From: an uncultured Victivallales bacterium
Lineage (GTDB): Bacteria; Verrucomicrobiota; Lentisphaeria; Victivallales; UBA1829
Direction of reading: 5' to 3'
Length of the DNA: 64,000 bases
Assembly (NCBI GenBank): GCA_944390735.1
Contig: CALXRL010000052.1
Location: forward strand, 52,143 to 116,142
Positions within the stretch are counted from its first letter, which is position 1. Each line of letters starts with the position of its first letter. Of this stretch, positions 27,015 through 37,800 are shown one piece after another. The notes under the pieces are model-generated. The model made no database searches. It was not told the DNA's origin and worked only from the letters and a program-made list of their open reading frames with translations. Both the position numbers and the translations under genes were made by a program.

Positions 27015-30000
27015 GTGACGGAGAAGATCCCCAGTCAGAAATCCCTGTTTTCCGCACCGGAGAAATACCGGGCGCACCATATTCTGGGTGCGGGCGGAAT
27101 GAAGGTGGTCATCCAGTCGGATGACATCAACGCCTGCCGGGAAGTCGCCATGGCGATTTCAAAGGATTCCTCTCAGGAGAGTTATGAACGGTTCTTGAAC
27201 GAGGCCCGCATTACCGCGTCGCTGGAGCATCCGAACATCGTGCCGGTGCATGAAATCGGCCGGAGCAAAACCGGAGCACCCTATTTCACGATGAAGCTGG
27301 TGCATGGATGCACGCTGGAACACATTCTGAAAAAGCTCAAGGAGAAGGATCCGGAATATGAGCGGAAATACCCTCTCCGCGCCCTGCTTGAAATTTTTCT
27401 GAAGGTCTGCGACGGGATTGCGTTTGCGCATTCGAAAGGGATCATTCATCTGGATCTGAAACCGGACAACATTCAGGTGGGCGATTACGGAGAAGTGCTC
27501 GTGCTGGACTGGGGACTTGCCCGGAAAATCGAGGAGGAACAGTCCGACGGCAATGACGTTCCCGAAATTCCTCTTCTGAAAGCGACCCGCATGACCATGG
27601 ACGGCATCGTCAAAGGGACCCCGGAATACATGGCTCCGGAACAGGCCGCCGGGCGGAACAGCCGGCGCGGGCGCAGAACCGACATCTACTCGCTGGGCGC
27701 GATTCTCTACTCCATGCTGATCTTGAACAAACCGTTTGCCGGGGAGAATACGCGGGAGATCATCCGGAACGTTCTGGAGGGGAACATCATTCCTCCGCAT
27801 TCGTTTTCATCGGAGGGCAGACGCATTCCCCAGGCGCTGGAGTTTGTGATTTACAAGGCGATGGAGCGAAATCCCTCCCGCCGCTACGCCTCGGTGGCGG
27901 ATCTGAAAGCCGATGTGGTCTCCTATATGAACGGCTATGCGACGGTGGCGGAGGATGCGGGATTCTTCACCAATCTTCTGCTCTGGCTGAAGCGGAAAAA
28001 GGTGCAGATCTACGTGGTCTGCTCCCTGATTCTGACCATTCTGATTTCAGCGGCGTTTCTCGGAACGCATCTCTATTACCGGCAGCAGGAGAAACTGGTC
28101 TACGGGACCGTGGTCCGGGCGCGGATCGCGGCGGAACAGACGATCGCCGGACTCGAGGAGCGGATTTACAAGGAGTCCGCCAGCGAATGGAAGCTGAAGT
28201 TCGAGGATGTGTTCTCCGACGCCTATCTCTATGACCGCTGGGGATTTTTCTTCGGCAGGGACCGCTTCCTTTCCATGAATCAGGCGAAACGCTATGTGAA
28301 ACCGGTTCCCGGAGGACTTCGGGTGTTTTCCTCCGCGGGGGGACTGAATATGATCTTCCGCGAAAATCTGGCGGGCAGCGAGATGCGCCTCCTGATCGAA
28401 CTCTCCTGGGAGTCCTATCGGCAGGGAAGCATTCTGCTGGTCAGCCTGAACAATGACAATTTTGAATCCGGTTATCTGTTTGCCGTGATGCCGGGGGAGG
28501 AGCCCTGTGTGGCGGTCATGCGTGGTTCGACGCATGAGATTCTGGCGGAACATCCCGTCGAGTTTGAACAAAATGAGATCTGCAAGTTCGACATGATCCT
28601 TCTGCCGGAGCGTTATGGAACCACGCTTAAAATGGGATTCAACGGACGGGAGCTGATTCATTATCGCGATCCCGCGGGACACACCGTGATGTCGCGCGAG
28701 GTGTCGCCGTGCGTTCTCTCCTTTACGAACTCGTCGCTGATTCTGCGGAGCGTGAAGCTGATGACGCTGGGAACTCCGATCAAGGTCGATCTGCTCGACA
28801 TTGCCTCCCGTCAGCTTCGCAAGGGGAACTACGAGGTGGCCAAAGAGCTCTATGTGGAAGCGGAGGAGTCCGCATCCTCGCCGGAGCGGCGGATGCAGGC
28901 GGCGGAGGGACTGCGGCTTTCGAATCTGCTTTCCAATTACAAGAGCCGGATCCCCGAATGGCGGGAGCGCCTGACGAAGGCCTGGCCCGGGGCGTCGATC
29001 TCCATTGGAATCGAGCAGGAGGGGGTTGTGCTGACCGCTTCGGGGAAAACCGTCGCCGATCTTTCCGTCCTGCGGGGAATGCCGCTTTCGACGCTCCGTC
29101 TCTCGGATGCGGGAATTCAAAATCTGGAAAGTCTGCGCGGCATGAAGATCCGGAACCTGTCGCTGGTGCGCTGTGCGGTGTCCGATCTTTCCCCGCTGGA
29201 GGAGAAGACGCTCCGCTCGCTGCGGGCGGATTCGATTCCCCTGACAACGTTTCCGGCGTGGAAGACAAAGTCGCTGACTCGTCTCTCGCTGATCAACTGC
29301 GCAGTGGAGTCCCTGGAGAGTCTGCGCGATCTGCGATTGCAGGTGCTGGACCTCCGTCGGAATGGAATTCGCGACCTCTCTCCTCTGAAGTCAATGCGCT
29401 TGAAGGAGTTGAATATCGCCTGCAACCGGATCGCTTCGCTGGAACCGCTGAGGCGGATGCCGCTGGAAAAACTGGACTGTTCGGAAAATGAGGTGGAGTC
29501 GCTGGAACCGCTCCGGGGAAGAAAGCTGCGGGAGCTGAATGCTTCCGGAAACCGGATCGCCGATCTTTCCCCGCTGACGGGTATGCCGCTGGAAAAACTG
29601 GATTTGAATTTCAACCGGATCTCATCGCTTGATCCGCTGAGACACTCTTCGGGACTCCGGCGTCTGATGGTCATCGGCAATGCGATTTCTGATCTGGAGG
29701 CCTGCGAGGAGCTGGGAAATCTGCAAAGGCTCTCGCTGGATTACAATCAAGTCACGTCGCTTGCTCCGCTGCGGAACGGGAAAAATCTGCGGGTGCTTTC
29801 CTGTTCCGCCAATCGGATCGCTTCGCTTGCGCCGCTGCGGCGTTTGACGCAGCTGCGGGAACTGAACTGCTCGGACAATCCGGTGTCCTCGCTCGATGGA
29901 GTGGAGACTCTTCCGCTGAACCGTTTTTATGCCGTGAACACCCAGATTGAGGATTTCGGGGCATTTCTCCGGAATCCGCCCCGGCATTTCCTGTTCGGGA

Positions 30001-30479
30001 ACGATTCCTGGCCGATCGCCCTCTGGAAGAACCTTCTGGAGTCGCTGCCCGGAGAAATGGATTCCCTGAGGAAATCCCTGCGGGCGCTGATCGCCTGCAA
30101 GGAGGGGGATGGACGTACGCTGCGGGTCCTGGCAACCGAGATCAACGGAAGATTTTACCTGTCGATTCCCATGTTCGCAAATTATGCGTCGGCGCGGAGG
30201 ATTGCGGCTCAGTTCGGCGCCCGTCTCCCCTCCTGGAAAACGCCGCTGGAGCGGGGAATTCTGATGCGCGGGATTGAAATTCCGTTCTGGCTGGGGTTGC
30301 GTCAGTCGGGAAGAGATCTGATTCTGGATGATGGAACGGTGGTCCATCGAGCCATCGGATTTTCTCCGGAACGCAAATACGGATGCATGTTTGCTCCGTA
30401 TCTTTCCCGGAGCGGCGCGTTGTTCAGCAGGAATCCCGCGATTCGCCTTCCTCTGGTGCTGGAATGGCCCTCCCGGTGA
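27015..30479 (+). CDS. Membrane Ser/Thr protein kinase with an extracytoplasmic leucine-rich-repeat ectodomain and an unassigned C-terminal domain
   Basis: Kinase motifs are GAGGMKVV, HLDLKPDN, DWGLA and GTPEYMAPE. One TM segment (VQIYVVCSLILTILISAAFLG). About 15 LRRs of ~22 aa (LxxLxLxxNxIxDLSPL). There is no in-frame ATG upstream of the kinase domain, so GTG 27015 is chosen. TTG ~26943 and GTG 26841 are alternatives. Confidence 0.85.
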   Translation: MTEKIPSQKSLFSAPEKYRAHHILGAGGMKVVIQSDDINACREVAMAISKDSSQESYERFLNEARITASLEHPNIVPVHEIGRSKTGAPYFTMKLVHGCTLEHILKKLKEKDPEYERKYPLRALLEIFLKVCDGIAFAHSKGIIHLDLKPDNIQVGDYGEVLVLDWGLARKIEEEQSDGNDVPEIPLLKATRMTMDGIVKGTPEYMAPEQAAGRNSRRGRRTDIYSLGAILYSMLILNKPFAGENTREIIRNVLEGNIIPPHSFSSEGRRIPQALEFVIYKAMERNPSRRYASVADLKADVVSYMNGYATVAEDAGFFTNLLLWLKRKKVQIYVVCSLILTILISAAFLGTHLYYRQQEKLVYGTVVRARIAAEQTIAGLEERIYKESASEWKLKFEDVFSDAYLYDRWGFFFGRDRFLSMNQAKRYVKPVPGGLRVFSSAGGLNMIFRENLAGSEMRLLIELSWESYRQGSILLVSLNNDNFESGYLFAVMPGEEPCVAVMRGSTHEILAEHPVEFEQNEICKFDMILLPERYGTTLKMGFNGRELIHYRDPAGHTVMSREVSPCVLSFTNSSLILRSVKLMTLGTPIKVDLLDIASRQLRKGNYEVAKELYVEAEESASSPERRMQAAEGLRLSNLLSNYKSRIPEWRERLTKAWPGASISIGIEQEGVVLTASGKTVADLSVLRGMPLSTLRLSDAGIQNLESLRGMKIRNLSLVRCAVSDLSPLEEKTLRSLRADSIPLTTFPAWKTKSLTRLSLINCAVESLESLRDLRLQVLDLRRNGIRDLSPLKSMRLKELNIACNRIASLEPLRRMPLEKLDCSENEVESLEPLRGRKLRELNASGNRIADLSPLTGMPLEKLDLNFNRISSLDPLRHSSGLRRLMVIGNAISDLEACEELGNLQRLSLDYNQVTSLAPLRNGKNLRVLSCSANRIASLAPLRRLTQLRELNCSDNPVSSLDGVETLPLNRFYAVNTQIEDFGAFLRNPPRHFLFGNDSWPIALWKNLLESLPGEMDSLRKSLRALIACKEGDGRTLRVLATEINGRFYLSIPMFANYASARRIAAQFGARLPSWKTPLERGILMRGIEIPFWLGLRQSGRDLILDDGTVVHRAIGFSPERKYGCMFAPYLSRSGALFSRNPAIRLPLVLEWPSR

Positions 30480-30544
30480 TATCCCGTGCGGGGAAACGAT
30501 GATCCGGGCGGGCGGTGCCGAAAGGAATCTCCGAACTTCCAAAC

Positions 30545-32308
30545 TCAGAACGAGTGCATGTCGTAGAGTTTTTTGTAGTAGCCGTTCTTTGCGATCAGTT
30601 CCGCGTGGGTTCCGCTTTCGATGAGGGTGCCGTTCTTGAGGCAGTAGATCAGATCCACGTGCTTGACGGTGGAAAGCCGGTGCGCAATGATGATCGCGGT
30701 CCGTCCTTTGCAGAGGGTCTCCATCGACTGGCGGACCAGCTCTTCGGATTCGTTGTCGAGTGCGCTGGTGGCCTCGTCGAAGATGAGAATCGGCGGATTC
30801 TTCAGGAACACACGGGCGATGGAGATGCGCTGACGCTGGCCTCCGGAAAGTTTGACTCCCCGTTCCCCGGTCTGCGTGTCGAGTCCGTCCGGGAGCGCGG
30901 AAACGAAGTCCAGCACATTGGCCTCGCGGGCGGCTTCGAGCACATCGGCTTCGGAGGCGCCGGGGCGTCCGAAGAGAATGTTCTCCCGGATGGTCGCGTC
31001 AAAGAGAAAGGGCGACTGCTGCACAATGCCGATTTGTGACCGGAGATCCCGCTGCCGGTATTTCCGGACGTCGATGCCGTCAATCTCAATGCTTCCTTCG
31101 GAGACATCGTAAAACCGGGGGATCAGCGCCGCGATGGTGGATTTTCCCGCTCCGGATTCCCCGACCAGGGCAATCGTGGTTCCCGCTTTCACTTCAAAAG
31201 ATACGTGGTTGATGACATCCGCATCCGGCCGCGAAGGATAGGAGAAGGAGACATCGCGGAAACGGATCGTTCCCCGGATCCTGTCCGGCGAGACGGCGTC
31301 CGGCGCATCCTTGAGATCGGGATTCTCCAGCATGACCTCCTGGAAACGTTCAAACGCCGAGGACGCCTGCTGGAACTGTTCCGTAAAACTCAACGCCCGC
31401 ATCATCGGCATTGTAATGTACCGGGAATACATGAAAAACGCGATGATCTGCGGGAAATCCGCTTTTTCATAGTAGGCAAGCAGCGCGCCCGCTCCGATGA
31501 ACAGAAGCGAATAAGACTGCATCAGGAATTTTTCGCCCGCGTGGAATGACGCCAGCGTCGAATAGACCGCCTCCTTCGCAGAGAGAAACGAGGTGTTCAC
31601 CTTCTTGAATTTGACGATTTCCATCCCTTCGTTTGTGAAGGATTTGACTTCGCGAACCCCCTGAATGGAGTTTTCCACACTGCGGTTGATCTCCGCGATT
31701 TTCTCCCGGACGCTCCGGAAGCCACGGCGCATCCGGGTCTGGAAGATCGAACCCCAGACAATGATGAAGGGCAGCGGAATCAGCGTGATGGCCGCCAGAA
31801 GCGGATTGATGCTGAACATGACGATAAAAGCGCCCGTCAGAGTCAGGGTCGAGATCAGGAGATCCTCCGGCGCATGATGCGCCGTCTCCGCAAGCATCGT
31901 CAGATCGTTGGAGATGCGGGACATGATGTGTCCCGTTTTGGTCCGGTCAAAATAGTTGAACGAGAGCTTCTGAATATGGGAGAACAGATCCTTCCGCATG
32001 TCGGCTTCCATGCGGGCTCCGAGAATATGTCCCCATCGCAGACTCACGTATTCCGCGCCGCTGATCATGGCGGTCAGAAGGAAGAGCAGCGCCGCCGCGA
32101 TCAGGAGATTCCGAAGCTCCATTCGCGGCAGATAGTCGTTGAAGACCCGGTAAACGACCATCGGCAGAAGAATCGTCAGACCCGACTGCGTCAGAATGGA
32201 GATGAGATCCGCAACCGCCAGTTTTTTGTAGGGCCCGTAGTACGAAACAAAGACCTTGACGTTGCGCCACGCATCCGTGAACGATGGTTTTTTACCGGGT
32301 TCCCGCAT
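30545..32308 (-). CDS. ABC exporter with fused permease and ATPase (MsbA-like type I exporter)
   Basis: Six-TM N-terminal half, Walker A GESGAGKST, signature LSGGQRQRISIAR and Walker B ILIFDEATSALD. I trimmed the start to ATG 32308, which lies 1 nt after the fabK stop. Confidence 0.9.
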   Translation of the reverse strand: MREPGKKPSFTDAWRNVKVFVSYYGPYKKLAVADLISILTQSGLTILLPMVVYRVFNDYLPRMELRNLLIAAALLFLLTAMISGAEYVSLRWGHILGARMEADMRKDLFSHIQKLSFNYFDRTKTGHIMSRISNDLTMLAETAHHAPEDLLISTLTLTGAFIVMFSINPLLAAITLIPLPFIIVWGSIFQTRMRRGFRSVREKIAEINRSVENSIQGVREVKSFTNEGMEIVKFKKVNTSFLSAKEAVYSTLASFHAGEKFLMQSYSLLFIGAGALLAYYEKADFPQIIAFFMYSRYITMPMMRALSFTEQFQQASSAFERFQEVMLENPDLKDAPDAVSPDRIRGTIRFRDVSFSYPSRPDADVINHVSFEVKAGTTIALVGESGAGKSTIAALIPRFYDVSEGSIEIDGIDVRKYRQRDLRSQIGIVQQSPFLFDATIRENILFGRPGASEADVLEAAREANVLDFVSALPDGLDTQTGERGVKLSGGQRQRISIARVFLKNPPILIFDEATSALDNESEELVRQSMETLCKGRTAIIIAHRLSTVKHVDLIYCLKNGTLIESGTHAELIAKNGYYKKLYDMHSF

Positions 32309-32309
32309 G

Positions 32310-33335
32310 TCAGGAGAGCTTCGATTTGACCAGTTCGAGCTCTTTCTCGGCATCTGTGACGAGTTCGTGAATCAGCTCCCGGATCGGAACGATCTTGTCG
32401 ACGAGTCCGACGGACTGCCCCGCCATCAGCGAGCCATGATCCACATCCCCCTCAATGACCGCCTTCCGGAGTGCGCCGACCCAGAAACGCTCCACCTGTT
32501 CCTGCGCCTCCTGACGATGGATCTCTCCGGCCTCAAGCTGCTTCAGAAGACTGAGCTGCAGCTTGCCGAACTGTTCCATTCCCTTGTTCTTGAGCGAACG
32601 GACGGAAACCACCGGAAGTTTCGAATCGAACTGCGGCGTTGCAATGGCGTCGCGAGCGTTGGCCTTGCTGAAGACCTCTTTGAATTTCGGATGCGCCTTG
32701 CACTCCTCCGTCATGACGAACCGGGTTCCCAGCTGGGCGCCCGCGGCACCCATCAGGAGGGTGTGGGCGATCATTTTTCCGGTGGCAATGCCGCCTGCGC
32801 AGAACATCGGGATCTGATCGGCGAACCGGAAAAGAACCTGCTGCATCAGCACCACCGAGGAGACGTGACCGATGTGGCCGCCCGCTTCGCTTCCTTCCAG
32901 AATGATGGCGTCCGCGCCGAATTTAATCATCCGCTCCGCAATGGAGATGGTCGAGGCGAAGCAGAGGACTTTGGCTCCGGTCGCCTTGGCGGCCGCGACC
33001 TCTTTTTCCTTCGGGAAACTTCCGGCGAAGACGATATACGGTACCTTCACATCCTTCAGCATTGCCAGATGCTCCTGATAGGCCGGCGCGATGGTGATCA
33101 GATTCACCGCAAAGGAACGGTTCGTGAGCGACTTCACCTGTTCAATCTGCTGCCGGAGAATCTCCGTGGGAGCGTTTCCGCCTGCGAGACAGCCGAAGCA
33201 CCCCGCGTTGCTGACCGAGGCGACCAGATTCGGTTCCGACACCCAAGTCATGGCGCCGCAGATGATGGGATATTCCGTTCCGAGGAAGTCGTTGCCCCGT
33301 TTCATCAGGGGCGTGAGATATTTCAGCTCTGACAT
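32310..33335 (-). CDS. fabK: Enoyl-ACP reductase II (FabK-like; NPD/nitronate monooxygenase fold)
   Basis: YPIICGAMTWV, GGNAPTE, ILEGSEAGGHIG, AGGIATG, GTRFVMTEECKAHPKFKE and GDVDHGSLMAGQSVGLV. These match my recollection of the FabK signature blocks. Confidence 0.75.
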   Translation of the reverse strand: MSELKYLTPLMKRGNDFLGTEYPIICGAMTWVSEPNLVASVSNAGCFGCLAGGNAPTEILRQQIEQVKSLTNRSFAVNLITIAPAYQEHLAMLKDVKVPYIVFAGSFPKEKEVAAAKATGAKVLCFASTISIAERMIKFGADAIILEGSEAGGHIGHVSSVVLMQQVLFRFADQIPMFCAGGIATGKMIAHTLLMGAAGAQLGTRFVMTEECKAHPKFKEVFSKANARDAIATPQFDSKLPVVSVRSLKNKGMEQFGKLQLSLLKQLEAGEIHRQEAQEQVERFWVGALRKAVIEGDVDHGSLMAGQSVGLVDKIVPIRELIHELVTDAEKELELVKSKLS

Positions 33336-33375
33336 TGCTTCTCCTTTATTCGTTACATAAGCAAGTAGTTGTGGA

Positions 33376-33404
33376 AATATAGCATTTCAACGCGCTTTTT
33401 TCAA
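33376..33404 (-). promoter_or_regulatory. Candidate promoter for the fabK-ABC operon
   Basis: On the minus strand: TTGAAA (33404-33399), a 17-nt spacer, then TATATT (33381-33376). Confidence 0.3.
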
Positions 33405-33504
33405 TTCGGTGTCCGCACAGGGACGGCAAGGAAGACTCATTTTTCCGAATATTTTTCTGTCCTTCCCCGGATGCCGTTCCGGAGAATGCGGATCCGCCGC
33501 TTTG

Positions 33505-34692
33505 TCAGACGGTTCCGCCGTTTTTTTTCGGGGGCTGATCCGCATGGGTCCCGAACAGGGATCGGATTGCGTCCTCCAGGGATTCCGCGATTTTCATCGA
33601 CACGGTTTTGCAGGGACGGATGGCCCCTTTCGGACAATGCTCCTGACAGCAGTAGCAGCGGATGCAGTTGGGCAGATCGAAGACCGGTTTGCCGTTGACC
33701 AGTTTCAGGGAGTGCGGGGGACACATTCGGACGCAGAGTCCGCATCCGACGCAGAGATCGGCATCCAGTTTCGGTTTCGAGACGACAAAATCGCGCATCA
33801 CATTTTTCAGAAACGGCGGCAGTGTGACGCCCCATTCCGCCAGAATCCCCGGCGGATCGGGTCGTTTCAAAGGGAGCAGATCGGGGATCTCGCCATGGTT
33901 TTCGTATTCCGGCAGGAGTCCCCGTTCCGCGGCGTTCCGCAGAAGAAGCAGATCAGGGACTCCGAGCCGTTCCGCGGCGGAGGCGTCCAGAGCGAGCGCA
34001 TCCGGAGAGCCCGCCAGAAATCCGCGAAACGCGGGCGTCCCGCTTCCCGGACCGTTGCCTTCCATGCAGACGACCGCATCCAGAAGGTTGAACTGCGGAT
34101 GAAGCGTGAGATAAAGGTCGAGCAGCATGTCGGCAAACTCCGAAAAGTTTCTGCCGACCGCCAGATGCCATCCCATCCGTTCACTTCCCTTTACGAAGCC
34201 GAAGAGATTTTTCACGCAGAGCGTCAGCGTCATCATGGCATGAGTTTTCGCCTTGGCAATATTGACCACCGCATCGAATCCGAGGTGTTCCGCGGCAAGC
34301 TCCAGATTGTGAAACCGGACCTGTTCGGGTACGGGGAGTCGCCGATAATCCGTGAAGTTTGCGGAGGAGACCTGGAGCTTTTTCAGTTCTTCGTCGATTC
34401 CCATGGCGTGGAGGATGGAGGGCGCGGTCTGCACCGCCGGATTTTCCAGAATGGCGACTTTGGAGGCGCCCGCATCCAGAAACAGTTTTGCGGTTTCGAC
34501 GATGACGGCTGGGTGGACGCAGGCAATATCCTCCTTGCGTCTCCATGCAAGGAGATTGGGTTTCAGCATGATCCGTTTTCCGGAGACGCCACCCGCGTTT
34601 TGAAGTTGATCCTGAAAGACTTTTTCGAGAGCCGTTCTGAGAGTTCCCGTTTCATAGTCGGGAGATTTTGCATAGTAGACGTGGTATTTCAT
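33505..34692 (-). CDS. DUF362-domain protein with a C-terminal 2x[4Fe-4S] ferredoxin domain
   Basis: The pattern KRIMLKPNLL...VHPAVI...AKAKTHAMMTLTLCVKNLFG...MEGNGP is DUF362-like. The C-terminus has CVGCGLCVRMCP and CIRCYCCQEHCP. Confidence 0.8.
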   Translation of the reverse strand: MKYHVYYAKSPDYETGTLRTALEKVFQDQLQNAGGVSGKRIMLKPNLLAWRRKEDIACVHPAVIVETAKLFLDAGASKVAILENPAVQTAPSILHAMGIDEELKKLQVSSANFTDYRRLPVPEQVRFHNLELAAEHLGFDAVVNIAKAKTHAMMTLTLCVKNLFGFVKGSERMGWHLAVGRNFSEFADMLLDLYLTLHPQFNLLDAVVCMEGNGPGSGTPAFRGFLAGSPDALALDASAAERLGVPDLLLLRNAAERGLLPEYENHGEIPDLLPLKRPDPPGILAEWGVTLPPFLKNVMRDFVVSKPKLDADLCVGCGLCVRMCPPHSLKLVNGKPVFDLPNCIRCYCCQEHCPKGAIRPCKTVSMKIAESLEDAIRSLFGTHADQPPKKNGGTV

Positions 34693-34780
34693 ATCCGTTC
34701 CGCTGGCCGGAGGCCGTTTTTTTGCTGTAATCTATCTTGGAAAGGGCGGTTTTGCAAACGGGAAGTGCTGCGCGGATCGG

Positions 34781-34815
34781 AAAAAATCCCGGGGGAAGCC
34801 GAAGCTTCCTCCGGG
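34781..34815 (-). terminator. Rho-independent terminator after the 1093-aa glycoside-hydrolase gene
   Basis: On the minus strand: CCCGGAGGAAGC-ttcg-GCTTCCCCCGGG, followed by ATTTTTTCC. Confidence 0.55.
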
Positions 34816-34881
34816 AAGGAGAGAAGAGCAAACCGTCGGATACGGTGCCCGGGGGGGAGGGCGCCGGTTCCCATTCATTGC

Positions 34882-37800
34882 TCAGTGGAGAAGTTCATAG
34901 GCAAAGACGATTTTGTCTGCACAGAAAGTGTCCGCTGTGAAAAGGAGCATTCCGTTTGTGTGCTTGAATGGAATTTCCTTCAGACGTCTTCCGGAACAGT
35001 CGAGCGCATAGAGCTTTTTCGGAGGACGGTTCAGCTTCAGAGAGAAATCCGCCCGGCCTCTGCGTGCAAGAACCGGACCGTCGCCTTCCTTCAGGAGAAT
35101 CTGCATTTTTTCAGAGGAGAATTCCGTTTTTTCGACTTTGACATCGGTCAGGTGAAGCAGAAGGATCCGTCTGGAATCCGCCAGCGTCCGGTTGTCGAGC
35201 GCGATGGCGGAGGCGACACAGAAATTCCGGTCGGTTTTCACGGCAAGCCGATGACCGGAAACCGATTTCCCTCCGGGGATGACAAGCGCTTCGCTGCGTT
35301 GGTTCAGCGCAGTGAATGTCTGTTTTTTGAAATCGGCGGTCAGTTCACCGGTGCTGCTTCGGTAGATGCGGTTTTTCAGATCAGCTTCACGGGAAGTGAG
35401 AATTTTGTCGGAAAGCAGTTTCCCAAGGAATTTTTCCGCAGAGTTTTTCTTCCATATGTCGAACAGATGTGCCTTCGGAGGAATGGAGAATGTGCCGTTT
35501 TCCCGAGGGGACAGAGAACCGACCTGTCCGAAAAGCATCAGGTCGCAGAACCATTCCGGATAGTCGAACAGGAAGGGGTCCTTCCAGCTTGATTCCGGAA
35601 TTTCCGCTGCGAATTTCTCGTCGGATGCGCGGATGTCCCCGCGAAGGAAAAATGCCATGCCGATACGCTCTCCCAGCAGACGTGGAGGGTCATTGACAAC
35701 ATCAAACGCCGGGATCAGCGGTTTGTCTCCCAGCATGTTGACCGCGCTGTGCGAATAGGCAAAGCGGTAAATGGCATCCCAGTCCTGCATGGCGGCATAG
35801 GCTCCGAAAATCGGGGCGCCTTCCGCCCGGTAGCTGTTGGGATAGCAGAAGTCGAATTCCGTAACCGTAAACGGCTTGCCGAAGATCCGGGTCGGCGCAA
35901 TTCCTTTCGGGACACGCATCCGGACCGCCAGAACACTGCAGTTGTTAAGCTGAGTCGGGAGGCTCCATGCTTTGCCGAGAAACTGCGGATGATCCCAGTA
36001 AATGTGATTGTCCACATAGTCATACTGCGCGCGCTGAAGCGTGGTGTTCGGCAGAGAGATGTAGTTCTGGTCCGTCAGCGGCATTTTGACTCCGAGTTTG
36101 CGGACAAACGCGGCACGGTCCTCCCATGATTTCTGATATACGTCAAGGAGAAACCTGCGGTATTCCGCGTTTTTGTTCTGTTCCGTGATGGTCGTGTTCG
36201 TTGCTGTGCACCATTCCCGGAACTTTGCATCATAGAGATTTTTCAGATCCTGCGATGCGTTGCGGATGTTGTAAAGAATCGTGTTCTCGTTGATGAGGCT
36301 GAGCCCGATGAAGACGGGATCGTCTTTCCAGGCAAAGCCGGTATACGGATTGACATGATTCAGAAGGGCGGCGGAGAATTTCTTCAGATTGTCCGCAACT
36401 TCCGGATGGATCATCGCGGCCAGTTTGTAGTCCCCCTGAAATCCGGGGAGGGTCTTGAACTCGTTCTTCCGGATCGGACGCGCGGTGAAAAGATCAAGCG
36501 TAATATAAATTCCCCGTTTTTTAAGACAGAAGACAAGATACTCGAGTTTATCCAGCTGTTTCATGTCAATTGTGGCGCTGTCCGCGGCATTTTTCAGAAT
36601 CAGATCGCGGTCAAAGTGATGAAGGCGGATTGCATTGTAGCCAATGCGCGCAAGCCGCTCCGCAATCAGTTCCGCCTCCTCTCTGCTGAGGTAGTTCGCC
36701 CAGAACGCGAGATTGGCCCCATAGAAGCGCTGGCGCTTTCCCGGACGTTTTTCAAATTCAAAATGTCCGTCCGAAGTCGTTTTGATCCTGCCGTATTTTC
36801 CAGCGGGAGCGTCCAGCAGGAACGAGAAGTCAAGTGCGCTGCCCTTTTCCACAGAGCGGTCCGTTTCCACGACTCTCCATTCGGCGTTTCGCATCACAAT
36901 GTATTTTTTCTCCTTCCGGACAGGAAGAACCACCTTCTGCGGAGAGCTCGTCGCCGCTGTGATGAGCCACACCGATTTCCCGGCGGAGCGGAAAACAAGG
37001 CGCTTCAAGGGGCGTGCCGGTATTTCAAAGCGGCTCATGTAAAGTCCGACGGGACTTTCATTATTGAATTCGTTCCAGAGGAGGAGCGCATTCGGCTTCG
37101 CGGTCGGCATCCACCAGTTGCCGACATCCAGGTCGGATTTGACTTCCCTGCGGAATGTGGTGCCATCCGTGTATTCAAAGAGAATGTCGCCGATAACCGA
37201 TGGCTTTTTCGTCGGCCAGGCAATGGCATGAAGCAGAAAGAGCGTTCCGATGCTCCTGCCGTTCAGATTCACCGATGCGGTACGTGGAAAATACATCCGG
37301 TCTCCTCCGGCGAGAACAATACAGGATTTCCCATTGTTCTTTTCCGGATCAAGTATCGTGAAAAAAAGCGGTTTTGCCGCGAGTTTTCCCGGCTTGAGAA
37401 TCCGCAGGTCATTGGAAGGACCCTGGTCGGTCCATCCGCCCTTGCGGTCGCCTGCAATTTCGTCACGGAAGCCCATGTTGGCGCTTTGTTTCAGATCCAG
37501 CGTTTCGAATTTGTACGGTTCAAACTTCAAGCTGATTTCCTGTGAGCTCTGCTTCAGCCGTGGGGTCGTTTCGGGAAACAGCAGGCGCAGGGAGAACATC
37601 TCCTGTTTGAACTGCCGGACATCCAGAAGCTGAACTCGGGTCGGTTTCTTCAGAGAGATTGTCAGAATTCCGGTGTCCAGCGGAAGGCGGAGTTTTTCAA
37701 TATCGTTTGCCGTGAACAGCGATCCGGTGCGATAGGTTTCCGGCAGTTCGACCTCTTTGCCGCCGATTCCGATCTTTTTCCCCGCGTTGTTCCATGCGGG

